Source: Clostridia bacterium
GTDB taxonomy: Bacteria; Bacillota; Clostridia; Christensenellales; Aristaeellaceae
Assembly: GCA_017526525.1 (NCBI GenBank)
Contig: JAFXRG010000053.1
Span: forward strand, 29,765 to 93,764
DNA: 64,000 nt
Direction: 5' to 3'
Positions 1 to 8,618 of the stretch are shown here, piece by piece (position 1 is the first letter of the stretch; each line of letters starts with the position of its first letter). A program made the position numbers and the translations under genes. Below the pieces are notes generated by a model that was given only the letters and a program-made list of their open reading frames with translations, searched no databases and was not told the DNA's origin.

Positions 1-324
1 AGCGCCCCGGTGGCGGCTGGAAATCATGCCACACATATAGTCGTGCACCGCGCCTCCGAGGATCGCGCCGAACACGATCCACAGGAACACCACCGGGCCG
101 AACACCGCGCCCATCAGGGGCCCGAAGATCGGGCCGGTGCCGGCGATATTCAGCAGCTGCACCAGGAAAGCCTTCCAGGGCTTCATGGGCACGCAGTCCA
201 CGCCGTCGTTAAACTCAACGGCCGGCGTTTTCCGGCCGTCCGGGCCGAACGCCTTCTCCGCCACCCGGCCGTAAACCAGGTAGCCCACCAGCAGAACTGC
301 CAGCGAAATCAACAGTGAAATCAT
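1..324 (-). CDS. cstA: Carbon starvation protein A family transporter, N-terminal part (runs off window start)
   Basis: Manual translation of the minus strand from ATG 324: MISLLISLAVLLVGYLVYGRVAEKAFG...TPAVEFNDGVDCVPM...QLLNIAGTGPIFGPLMGAVFGP...GGAVHDY, typical CstA motifs. Not in the ORF track because it is truncated. Confidence 0.9.
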   Translation of the reverse strand, partial: MISLLISLAVLLVGYLVYGRVAEKAFGPDGRKTPAVEFNDGVDCVPMKPWKAFLVQLLNIAGTGPIFGPLMGAVFGPVVFLWIVFGAILGGAVHDYMCGMISSRHRGA

Positions 325-442
325 CTCATTGCCTTCTTTCGGAATCCGGGGAAACCCCGCGGTTTTTTAGTTTTATACCTTGTCCTCTGGCATTGTACCA
401 TAGTTTTCCAGGAATCGGAATCCCCCGGAGCATGTTTTTTGT

Positions 443-973
443 TCAGGAACCGTTTCCTTCGGGCGTTTTTCTCCAGATTCCCCGGAAAATTTCCCGTTTT
501 TCTCCCTGGTATTCCCCGGTTCCCTCAAATTCCGGCACAAATCCGCATTTCAGCAGCACCCGCCGGGAAGCCGCGTTTTCCCGCAGGCAGATGCCGTAGA
601 TTTCGCCGGTGCCGGCCTCCTCCGCCGCCCGGGGCAGAAACGCCCGCACCGCCTCGGTGGCATAGCCCTTTCCGGTATGTTTTTCGGCAATGTGATAGCC
701 GATTTCCCATTTTCCTTCGGAAATCGGAACCAGCTGGACATATCCGATGTTTTCCCCGCCCTGCCGCGTCAGCACCGCCCAGGCCAGCGGGCCTTCCCGG
801 CCGCCGTAGCGCGAGATCAGGAACGCGAGGGTTTCCCGGGCTTCCCCAACGGTTTCGAAAACCTCGTCCGGTACAAATCTACGGTTGTCCCGGTCCAGGG
901 AGTTCAGGTGCACGTCCCGGGCCATCTCCTCGGTAAATTCCCGGATGATCAGCCGCTCCGTTTCAATTCTCAT
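443..973 (-). CDS. GNAT N-acetyltransferase, RimJ/RimL type
   Basis: IETERLIIR start, EIGYHI, GKGYATEA acetyl-CoA motif, NAASRRVLLKCGF; start moved to MRIETERL. Confidence 0.85.
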   Translation of the reverse strand: MRIETERLIIREFTEEMARDVHLNSLDRDNRRFVPDEVFETVGEARETLAFLISRYGGREGPLAWAVLTRQGGENIGYVQLVPISEGKWEIGYHIAEKHTGKGYATEAVRAFLPRAAEEAGTGEIYGICLRENAASRRVLLKCGFVPEFEGTGEYQGEKREIFRGIWRKTPEGNGS

Positions 974-1427
974 GGTTTTTTTCCGCCTCAATCCGCCGGT
1001 CCGCCTGGGCCTGCATGGATTCCGGCGGCATTTCCATCATTTCAATCTCCGTACCGTCCGGGTCATGGGTCCAGAACATCAGGCACCGGGAGTTTCCCCT
1101 TTTGATACCGGTATCCAGCGGTCCCCCCGCCTTCTCCACCGCGTCGTAGGACCGCCGGATGTCCTTTGTCATCAGGCAGAGGTGGCACACGCCGATCACG
1201 TCCGGCCCGGAAAGGTTTTCCCGGGTGCCGTCGGAAAACAGTTCCAGATACTGTCCCGGCGCCAGGAACAGGTAAACCGTTCCCAGGGATCCGTCCTCCC
1301 GGTACATGCGAAAGGCTTCCCGCAGCCCCAGCACCGTTGTGTAGTACGCAAGGCTCTTTTCAATGTCCCGGGTGCGGATGGCCGCGTGGCTCAGTCCCCC
1401 CACGGTCCGGAATGCCTCTTCGTTCAT
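963..1427 (-). CDS. VOC/glyoxalase family protein
   Basis: LSHAAIRTRDIEKSLAYY, YLELF, HLCL, DPDGTEIE. Confidence 0.85.
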   Translation of the reverse strand: MNEEAFRTVGGLSHAAIRTRDIEKSLAYYTTVLGLREAFRMYREDGSLGTVYLFLAPGQYLELFSDGTRENLSGPDVIGVCHLCLMTKDIRRSYDAVEKAGGPLDTGIKRGNSRCLMFWTHDPDGTEIEMMEMPPESMQAQADRRIEAEKNHEN

Positions 1428-1846
1428 GGTTCGTCTCCCTTCTCCCGGTCCGCTCCGGACGTTTCATATCCGGCTTGCTCCAGCACGCTCATTGCCTGCT
1501 CAAAGTTTTCCCCGCGAACCAGTATGTAATCCGTGTTATAGGTGGATACGGCAAAAATGCCGATGGCGTTTTCCGCCAGGACCCCGGAAATGCCCGACAG
1601 GATCCCCGTCAGGGAAAAGTCGAGGCTGCCCTCCACCCGGAAGCAGCGCCAGCCGTCCTCCCGGGCGGTAACCCGCTCCGGCACATGTGCGGTTTCGCAA
1701 ACCAGCGAAATTTCCTCCTCCGTCCTGCCGATAAAGAAAAATCCCTGCTCCGTGGGAAGATCCGCCACGGAAAGCACCTTGCATATGCTCAGCCGGAAGG
1801 GCAGCCTCCTCAGCTTCGGTTTCCTTCCCGGATCCAGGCATTGCAT
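1424..1846 (-). CDS. ACT-domain protein (ACT_7/CASTOR-like)
   Basis: TEEEISLVC, GSLDFSLTGILSGISGVLAENAIGIFAVSTYNTDYILV; overlaps the next gene, forming an operon with the VOC and GNAT genes. Confidence 0.8.
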   Translation of the reverse strand: MQCLDPGRKPKLRRLPFRLSICKVLSVADLPTEQGFFFIGRTEEEISLVCETAHVPERVTAREDGWRCFRVEGSLDFSLTGILSGISGVLAENAIGIFAVSTYNTDYILVRGENFEQAMSVLEQAGYETSGADREKGDEP

Positions 1847-2049
1847 ACGCCCCGCCCCTTTCCTTTTTTGGATTCATTATCGCCGTTTCCCGTTTTGGCG
1901 TCAAGGCTTTCCGTCCCTTCCGCCCCCGTTTTCCCTCTTTTTCGGTCCCGCGGATTCTGCTATAATCGGTCTGCGGATCCGGACGCCCTTCCCGGGGGAT
2001 CCTTTCCGCCCGGCATCCGCCGGAAAAAAAGCAATTCAGGAGGTGCGGC

Positions 2050-3249
2050 GTGAACAGCACAGCGGATTGGCGGCACGGCTCCCTTTTTCGGCGCCTCCGC
2101 GGCGTTTCGGTTGTTTTCCTGGCCTGTCTCCTGCTTCTCGGCGCCGCCCGGGCGGAGGAACCGGACCCCGCCCTGCTGGTGGTGGATGATTCCATTGAAA
2201 CCCAGAGCCGGGTGGAGGATCTCATCGACCGCCTGACCCTGCACGAGAAAATCTGCCAGCTCTTTTTTGTGCAGCCGGAGCAGTTCTCCCGGCTGGACCG
2301 GGTGACCGCCTTCAGCACAAAGCTCGCCTCCGCCTTCACCCGTTTCCCGGTGGGGGGAATTATCCTCTTCGGCCCGAACATGACGGAAAAAAGCCTGGCC
2401 GCCCTGAACGCCGGCATGCAGCAGGCCTCGCTGGAGGCCGTTGGAATCGGCCTGCTGATCGGCGCGGATGAGGAAGGCGGAAGCGTTTCCCGGGTAGCCG
2501 GCGCGCTGAAGCTGCCGGAAAAGCAGCCCGCACCCTCCCGGATCGGCACCCCGGAGGAGGCCCGGGAATCCGCCCGGATCATCGGCACCTACCTTGCCCG
2601 CTACGGCATCAATGTGGACTTCGCGCCGGTGGCGGACGTCCGTTCGGATGTGGAGCGGAATGAAATTGCCGGCCGTTCCTACGGCAGTGACCCGGAAAAC
2701 GTGGCCCGCATGGTGGCCGGCTTTACGGAAGCGCTCCATGAATGCGGCGTCGTTCCGGTGCTGAAGCATTTTCCCGGCCACGGCGCCGTTTCCGGCAACA
2801 CCCATTCCGGCTCCGGCATTTCCGTGAAAACCCTGGAGGACTGGCGCGAAACGGATTTTGTTCCCTTCGCCGCCGGCATCCGTGCCGAGGCGGAAATGGT
2901 CATGATTTCCCACCAGACGGCGGTGGCCGTGGATCCGGATTCTCCCGCGTCCCTGTCCCCTGCCGTCATCGGTCTCCTCCGGCAGGAGCTGGGCTTTGAA
3001 GGCGTCATTATCACCGATGCGCTCCGCATGAAGGCGGTGCACGAACCCTACGGCTCCGGGGAAGCCTGTGTCCGGGCGCTGGAGGCCGGGGCGGACATGC
3101 TCCTCCTGCCCTATAATTTCACCGCCGCCTATGAAAGCGTCCTGAAAGCCGTGCAGGAAGGCCGCCTGTCGGAGGACCGGATCGATGAAAGCCTGCTTCG
3201 CATCCTGAATCTCAAGGAGCGCTACGGGCTGCTTCCCTTCTCCCGCTGA
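2050..3249 (+). CDS. Secreted GH3 beta-N-acetylhexosaminidase (NagZ-like)
   Basis: DEEGG, FAPVADV, KHFPGHG...NTH, IITDAL; signal peptide; TGcTATAAT promoter near 1958; RBS AGGAGG. Confidence 0.85.
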   Translation: MNSTADWRHGSLFRRLRGVSVVFLACLLLLGAARAEEPDPALLVVDDSIETQSRVEDLIDRLTLHEKICQLFFVQPEQFSRLDRVTAFSTKLASAFTRFPVGGIILFGPNMTEKSLAALNAGMQQASLEAVGIGLLIGADEEGGSVSRVAGALKLPEKQPAPSRIGTPEEARESARIIGTYLARYGINVDFAPVADVRSDVERNEIAGRSYGSDPENVARMVAGFTEALHECGVVPVLKHFPGHGAVSGNTHSGSGISVKTLEDWRETDFVPFAAGIRAEAEMVMISHQTAVAVDPDSPASLSPAVIGLLRQELGFEGVIITDALRMKAVHEPYGSGEACVRALEAGADMLLLPYNFTAAYESVLKAVQEGRLSEDRIDESLLRILNLKERYGLLPFSR

Positions 3250-3337
3250 TTTCCCGCCTCCGGCCGCAGATTTATGGTTGCCCTGTTTATAATAAGACCG
3301 CCGAATCAATTCCGTCCGGATTTTGGGAGAAAAACAC

Positions 3338-4261
3338 ATGGAAAGAAAGCCCAACGACCGCAAATCTGTCGCGATGATGGTTTCATCCATGCTGATCTTT
3401 GGCACAATCGGAATTTTCCGTAAAAATATTCCCCTTTCCTCCGCCTTCCTCGCCTTTTCCCGCGGCATTCTGGGCGGTCTTTTTATCTGGATTTCTTCCC
3501 TGCTGAAGCGGAAAAAGGACGGGGTTTCTTCCCGTTCTTCCCTCCGTTCCCTGCCGGGGCTGGCCTTCACGGGTGCCCTGATCGGGTTCAACTGGATCCT
3601 GCTTTTTAAAGCCTACCGCTGCACCACCGTAGCCGTCGCCACCCTGTGCTACTATATGCAGCCCACCATTGTCATGCTCCTGTCCCCGGTCATTTTCCGG
3701 GAAAGACTGTCGGGCCGGAGCCTGCTCTGCGCCGGGGCCGCCGTCCTCGGCATGGTGCTGGTGTCCGGCGTTTTCGGCGGCGGGGTTCCGGGGGAAAGCG
3801 GCGCCCTGGGCCTGCTGCCGGGGCTGGGAGCCGCCGTTCTCTACGCCGGGGTGGTCATTCTCAACAAGTGCCTGCCGGAAACCGATGTATACCGCAGGAC
3901 AACGGTGCAGCTGTTTTCCGCCGGCCTCGTTATGGTTCCCTACCTCCTGCTGACCGGCGGGTTTTCCGCCGAAGGCTTCACACCGCTTTCGGCCGTCCTG
4001 CTGCTGGTCGTCGGCATCGTGCATACGGGCGTCGCCTATTTCCTGTACTTTGGCAGCATCAAAGGCCTGCGTGTGCAGTCCGTTGCCCTGCTGAGTTATA
4101 TCGATCCGGTTTCCGCGCTGCTGTTCTCCGCCGTTTTCCTCGGAGAGCCCCTGAGCCTGCTGCATCTGCTCGGCGCCGTCCTGATCATCGGTTCGGCGGT
4201 CCTCGGGGAGCTGGGCAGCGCCGGATCCCCGCCGAAAAAGCTTTCCCGCGGCGAAACCTGA
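3338..4261 (+). CDS. EamA/DMT family transporter
   Basis: About 10 hydrophobic segments, two EamA repeats (YYMQP...FRERL; YIDP...FLGE). Confidence 0.85.
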   Translation: MERKPNDRKSVAMMVSSMLIFGTIGIFRKNIPLSSAFLAFSRGILGGLFIWISSLLKRKKDGVSSRSSLRSLPGLAFTGALIGFNWILLFKAYRCTTVAVATLCYYMQPTIVMLLSPVIFRERLSGRSLLCAGAAVLGMVLVSGVFGGGVPGESGALGLLPGLGAAVLYAGVVILNKCLPETDVYRRTTVQLFSAGLVMVPYLLLTGGFSAEGFTPLSAVLLLVVGIVHTGVAYFLYFGSIKGLRVQSVALLSYIDPVSALLFSAVFLGEPLSLLHLLGAVLIIGSAVLGELGSAGSPPKKLSRGET

Positions 4262-4302
4262 AACCTGCCTGACCTTTCCCCCGCAAATCGGAAAGAAAAA
4301 GG

Positions 4303-7300
4303 GTGAAAAAGCATATGAAAAGCATACGCGTCCGAATCATCGGCATCATCGTCCTGGTGGTTCTTTTCACCACCGGCCTGCTGTTCGTGGTCAGCTACCA
4401 GCGAACCCGGAGCAGCATGACCGTCCAGATGGAAAACAACTACAGCACGGTGGCCGAAAAATACGCCCAGGAGCTGACGGCGTGGATCAGCACCAACGCG
4501 ACGGTGGTGGATTCACTGGCAGCGGAAATCACGGTCAGCCGGATTTACGAAGAGGATAACGGGGTTTTTCACCGGTTCCTGGCGGAGCGCCGGGGACTGC
4601 TGGACCGGACAGGCGTCGTCTATGATTTCTATTTCACCTATCCGGACAACTCCATGGCCTGCGCCTCGGACTTTGTGCCGGACGGCACCGTGGATTACGC
4701 CCATGAAAGGGACTGGTTCACGGAGGCCGCCGCCACCGGTGAACTGTTCTATTCCACGCCCTACCGGGATTCGGACTCCGGAAAGCCGATTATCACCATT
4801 TCCCGGGGCATTTATGCGGAAAATGTGCTGCAGGGCGTTCTTGCCGCGGACATCTTTGTGGATGTGCTGGTGGATATCATCAGCGAAGCGGACGTGGCGC
4901 CGGACAGCTATGCCTTCCTGGTGGACCGGAACCTGGGCATGATCGTCCATCCCAACCAGGCCTACGCCTTCGAGGATACGCCCCGCAATGTGATGGATGT
5001 CCGGGACGCGCCGTATGCGGACGTGGTTTCGAAAATCCGCTCCGGCTCCACCGGCACGGTCTACCTGAAGGATTATGACGGCGTCACCCGCGGGGTGGTG
5101 GTCTCCCGGATGGCCAATACCGGCTGGTATGTGGGCATCGCCACCAGCCGGGAGGAACTGGTCCAGGATTACGGCTCCATGGCCCGCGGTTTCCTGATTG
5201 CCGGCATCTCCGTCCTGGTGCTCGGCAGCATTTTTGCGGTCCTGTTCACGTGGATCCTGGTAAAGGAAACCCGCCCGGAAGAGCTGGCCCGGAAGCTCCG
5301 GGAGAAGTTCCGGCGGCCCCAGAACGCCACGCGCCTTCCCGGAAAATTCCGGCGTATTGCCCCGATGGTGCTGATCTTCCTGCTGATGGTCGGCATGGTC
5401 CTGTATACCAGCCGGGCCATCACCAACGTGGCCACGGACAACATTCATGAGGTGGGCGAAGACCGGATCTCCGCCGCCGCCGCGGAACTGGAAAACTACC
5501 TGGGCACCGCGAAAAGCACCCTCTGGGTCACGGCGGATACCGTGGACCATATGCTCCGCACCGGCGCCTCCGTGGAGGAGATCGCCGCCTACATCATCGA
5601 GGAAACCAACCACCAGAAACAGCAGTTCGATATGAACATCACCGGCTTTTACGGCTACGTCCGGGGCGAATATATTGACGGGCTTTCCTGGGTGCCCCCG
5701 GAAAACTACGACCCCACCCGCCGGGACTGGTACCGGCAGGCCATTGCCGCGGGCGGCGAGGCCACCCTGATTGCCCCCTATGTGGACGCCCAGACAAACG
5801 CCCTGATCATTTCCATCTCCCGCATGCTGTCCGGCGGAACGGACGTGGTTTCCGTGGACGTGATGATGAATCATATCCAGGAGATTGTCTCCTCCCTGCA
5901 GATCAAGGGAAAGGGCTACGGTTTCATCGTGGATCGCAGCGGCATGCTGATCGCCCATCGGGACGAGGAAAGGCGCGGCAAATACCTGACGGAGGAAGAG
6001 GATAAGCTGGCGCTGTTCGACCAGATCCTGGAAACGGAAAACGGCTACGTCAAGCTCCGGGACGCCCCGGTGCAGAGCACGGCCTTCGTCCGTAAAATCA
6101 CCGACCAGTGGTATATGGTCATCATGATCGACGACCCCGAGCTCATGGCGGAGGTCTGGGAGCAGCTGGCCATCAACGTGGTCATCTGCTCGGTCATTTT
6201 CGGCCTGATCATCATCTTCTTCCTGATCGGCCACCGGACGGAAATCAATTATTCCCTGCGCATCGAAGCCCTCCGGGCGGAGGAGCAGAAGCAGGCTTAT
6301 GAGGCAAAAGCCCTGAAGCTGGAAAAGGAAGCCGCCGACCAGGCAAACCAGGCAAAAAGCGATTTCCTGGCCAGCATGTCCCATGAAATCCGCACCCCCA
6401 TCAACGCGGTGCTCGGCATGAACGAAATGATCCTGCGGGAAACCTATGCCCTCCAGGAGGAAAAGGATCCGGAGCGCCTGCGGGAGGCGGTCGCCGGCAT
6501 CCGTTCCTGCGCTGGGGATATCGGAAACGCCGGAAACAACCTGCTTTCCATCATTAACGACGTGCTGGACTTTTCCAAGATCGAGGCGGGAAAAACAGAG
6601 CTTTCCCCGATGGATTACAAGCTCAGCGCCCTCCTGAACGATGCCTGCAGCCTGATCATCTTCCGGGCCCGGAACAAAGGCCTGGAGTTCCGGACGGAGG
6701 TGGATCCCGCCATTCCGGACGGGCTTTACGGCGACGTGGTGCACGTGCGCCAGATCCTGACCAATTTACTGACCAACGCGGTGAAATATACGGACCGGGG
6801 CAGCGTCCTGCTTACCGTCCGCGCGGAGGAGCCGATCCGGAACGCCGGGGACCCCCTGACCCTGGTGATTTCTGTCCGGGATACCGGCATCGGCATCCGC
6901 CAGGAGGATATTGGCCGGCTCTTCGACCGGTTTGAGCGCCTGAACCTGGAGCACAACAGCACCGTGGAGGGCACCGGCCTCGGCCTGGCCATCACCCGGA
7001 AGCTGGTTTCCATGATGAACGGAACCATCTCGGTGGAAAGCACCTACGGCGAAGGTTCCGTCTTCACCGTCCGCATTCCCCAGCAGGTGCATTCCTGCGA
7101 GCCGGTGGGCTCCTTCAGCTCCAGGTATGAAGCCCGTCCGGCGGAAGAGAAAAAATACCGGGTTTCCTTCCGCGCTCCGGAGGCCCGGCTGCTGATCGTG
7201 GATGACACTAAAATGAACCTGACCGTGGCGGTGGGCCTGCTGCGGAAAACGGAGGTCCGGATCGATACGGCTGTCAGCGCCCGGGAAGCCCTGGAAAAGG

Positions 7301-8025
7301 CGCAGTCCGAGCATTACGACCTGATCCTGATGGACCAGCGCATGCCGGTCATGGACGGATCGGAAGCCCTCCGCCGCCTCCGGAAGCAGCCGGAAGGCGC
7401 CAACCGGGAAACCCCGGTCATCTGCATGACGGCGGATGCCGTGCAGGGCGCCCGGGAGCGCTACCTGGCGGAAGGCTTCACCGATTATCTTTCCAAGCCC
7501 GTCAACTGCGGCGAGCTGGAGGAAATGCTGAAAAAATACCTGCCGCCGGAAAAACTGCAGCTTGTCAGCGCGGAACCCCCGGCCGCCGAAAAAGCGGACC
7601 CTGCCGCCGTTCCGGAAGCCTTTGCCTGGCTTTCCGCCGCCGGCGTGTATCCGGAAACCGGCCTCCGTTACTGCCAGGGCGATGAAGGCCTGTACCGGAC
7701 GCTGCTGGCCGAATTCCTGCGTTCCGCGGAGGAGAAAAAGGAAAGCCTCCGCGCATACCTGGATGCCGGGGACTGGAAAAACTATACGATTCTCGTGCAC
7801 TCCCTGAAAAGCTCCGCCCGCACCATCGGCGCGCCGGCGCTTTCGGAGGTTGCTGCCCGGCTGGAAGCCGCCGGAAAGCAGGAGGATGCGGAAACCGTCC
7901 GCAGCGGCCACGGCGGCATGATGCGCCTGTATACCGCGCTCACGGACTTCCTGGCTGAAAACCAGTCCCGGATCCATCCGGAGGAAAGCGGCGACGATGA
8001 AATCCTGGAGTTCTTCCCGGAATAA
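4303..8025 (+). CDS. Hybrid sensor histidine kinase/response regulator with two dCache domains and Hpt
   Basis: Two RDWF/RDWY...PY.D Cache motifs; FLASMSHEIRTPIN H-box; N box, DTGIG, GTGLGL; receiver LIVDD...LMDQRMP...SKP; Hpt VHSLKSSARTIGA. Confidence 0.92.
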   Translation: MKKHMKSIRVRIIGIIVLVVLFTTGLLFVVSYQRTRSSMTVQMENNYSTVAEKYAQELTAWISTNATVVDSLAAEITVSRIYEEDNGVFHRFLAERRGLLDRTGVVYDFYFTYPDNSMACASDFVPDGTVDYAHERDWFTEAAATGELFYSTPYRDSDSGKPIITISRGIYAENVLQGVLAADIFVDVLVDIISEADVAPDSYAFLVDRNLGMIVHPNQAYAFEDTPRNVMDVRDAPYADVVSKIRSGSTGTVYLKDYDGVTRGVVVSRMANTGWYVGIATSREELVQDYGSMARGFLIAGISVLVLGSIFAVLFTWILVKETRPEELARKLREKFRRPQNATRLPGKFRRIAPMVLIFLLMVGMVLYTSRAITNVATDNIHEVGEDRISAAAAELENYLGTAKSTLWVTADTVDHMLRTGASVEEIAAYIIEETNHQKQQFDMNITGFYGYVRGEYIDGLSWVPPENYDPTRRDWYRQAIAAGGEATLIAPYVDAQTNALIISISRMLSGGTDVVSVDVMMNHIQEIVSSLQIKGKGYGFIVDRSGMLIAHRDEERRGKYLTEEEDKLALFDQILETENGYVKLRDAPVQSTAFVRKITDQWYMVIMIDDPELMAEVWEQLAINVVICSVIFGLIIIFFLIGHRTEINYSLRIEALRAEEQKQAYEAKALKLEKEAADQANQAKSDFLASMSHEIRTPINAVLGMNEMILRETYALQEEKDPERLREAVAGIRSCAGDIGNAGNNLLSIINDVLDFSKIEAGKTELSPMDYKLSALLNDACSLIIFRARNKGLEFRTEVDPAIPDGLYGDVVHVRQILTNLLTNAVKYTDRGSVLLTVRAEEPIRNAGDPLTLVISVRDTGIGIRQEDIGRLFDRFERLNLEHNSTVEGTGLGLAITRKLVSMMNGTISVESTYGEGSVFTVRIPQQVHSCEPVGSFSSRYEARPAEEKKYRVSFRAPEARLLIVDDTKMNLTVAVGLLRKTEVRIDTAVSAREALEKAQSEHYDLILMDQRMPVMDGSEALRRLRKQPEGANRETPVICMTADAVQGARERYLAEGFTDYLSKPVNCGELEEMLKKYLPPEKLQLVSAEPPAAEKADPAAVPEAFAWLSAAGVYPETGLRYCQGDEGLYRTLLAEFLRSAEEKKESLRAYLDAGDWKNYTILVHSLKSSARTIGAPALSEVAARLEAAGKQEDAETVRSGHGGMMRLYTALTDFLAENQSRIHPEESGDDEILEFFPE

Positions 8026-8037
8026 TCTTTCCCGGGA

Positions 8038-8595
8038 TCACCCGCCGCCGGGCAGCTGTATCCATTCGAACATTTCATACAGCATGCGCTCCCCCGCCGG
8101 CATGGACGCCGCCGGGCAGAGATCCAGCTCCGCAGCCCGGTCCAGCACCGAGGAAACGTCCTCCCCCATCATGGAGGCAATCAGCTCCCCGATCTCCGTT
8201 TCCCCCTCCGCCATGGTGTACAGCAGGTTGTGCACCGTCCACTGGGCCTTCATAAAGGAAATGGTGCCGAACTTATCCGGATCGTAGTTTTCGTTGGCCG
8301 CAATCAGCTCCAGCACCGCTTCCATTTCCGCCTCGTCGGTAATCTGAATGGATTCCTTAATCCGGATTCCGGTCACTTCCCGGCCCCCGGAGGCATAAAA
8401 ACAGATGTTGAGCTTTCCCGAACGGTCCCTTCCCCATCCCTGGCGGTAAAGGTTGACCGTTCGGGCGTTGTATTTCTCCCGGGCCAGCGCCAGGCGCTCC
8501 TCCCGGCCGGCGGGTCCGGCCTCCCCCCGGGCGGCCGCGGCCAGCATCACCAGGGCCAGCACCAGGACGATCCAGGTTCTTCTTTTTTCCCTCAT
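8038..8595 (-). CDS. Hypothetical secreted protein
   Basis: Signal-peptide-like N-terminus MREKRRTWIVLVLALVMLAAAARG; directly downstream of the GH3 gene. Confidence 0.6.
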   Translation of the reverse strand: MREKRRTWIVLVLALVMLAAAARGEAGPAGREERLALAREKYNARTVNLYRQGWGRDRSGKLNICFYASGGREVTGIRIKESIQITDEAEMEAVLELIAANENYDPDKFGTISFMKAQWTVHNLLYTMAEGETEIGELIASMMGEDVSSVLDRAAELDLCPAASMPAGERMLYEMFEWIQLPGGG

Positions 8596-8618
8596 CCGCC
8601 TCTCTCCGTTCTTCCCTG

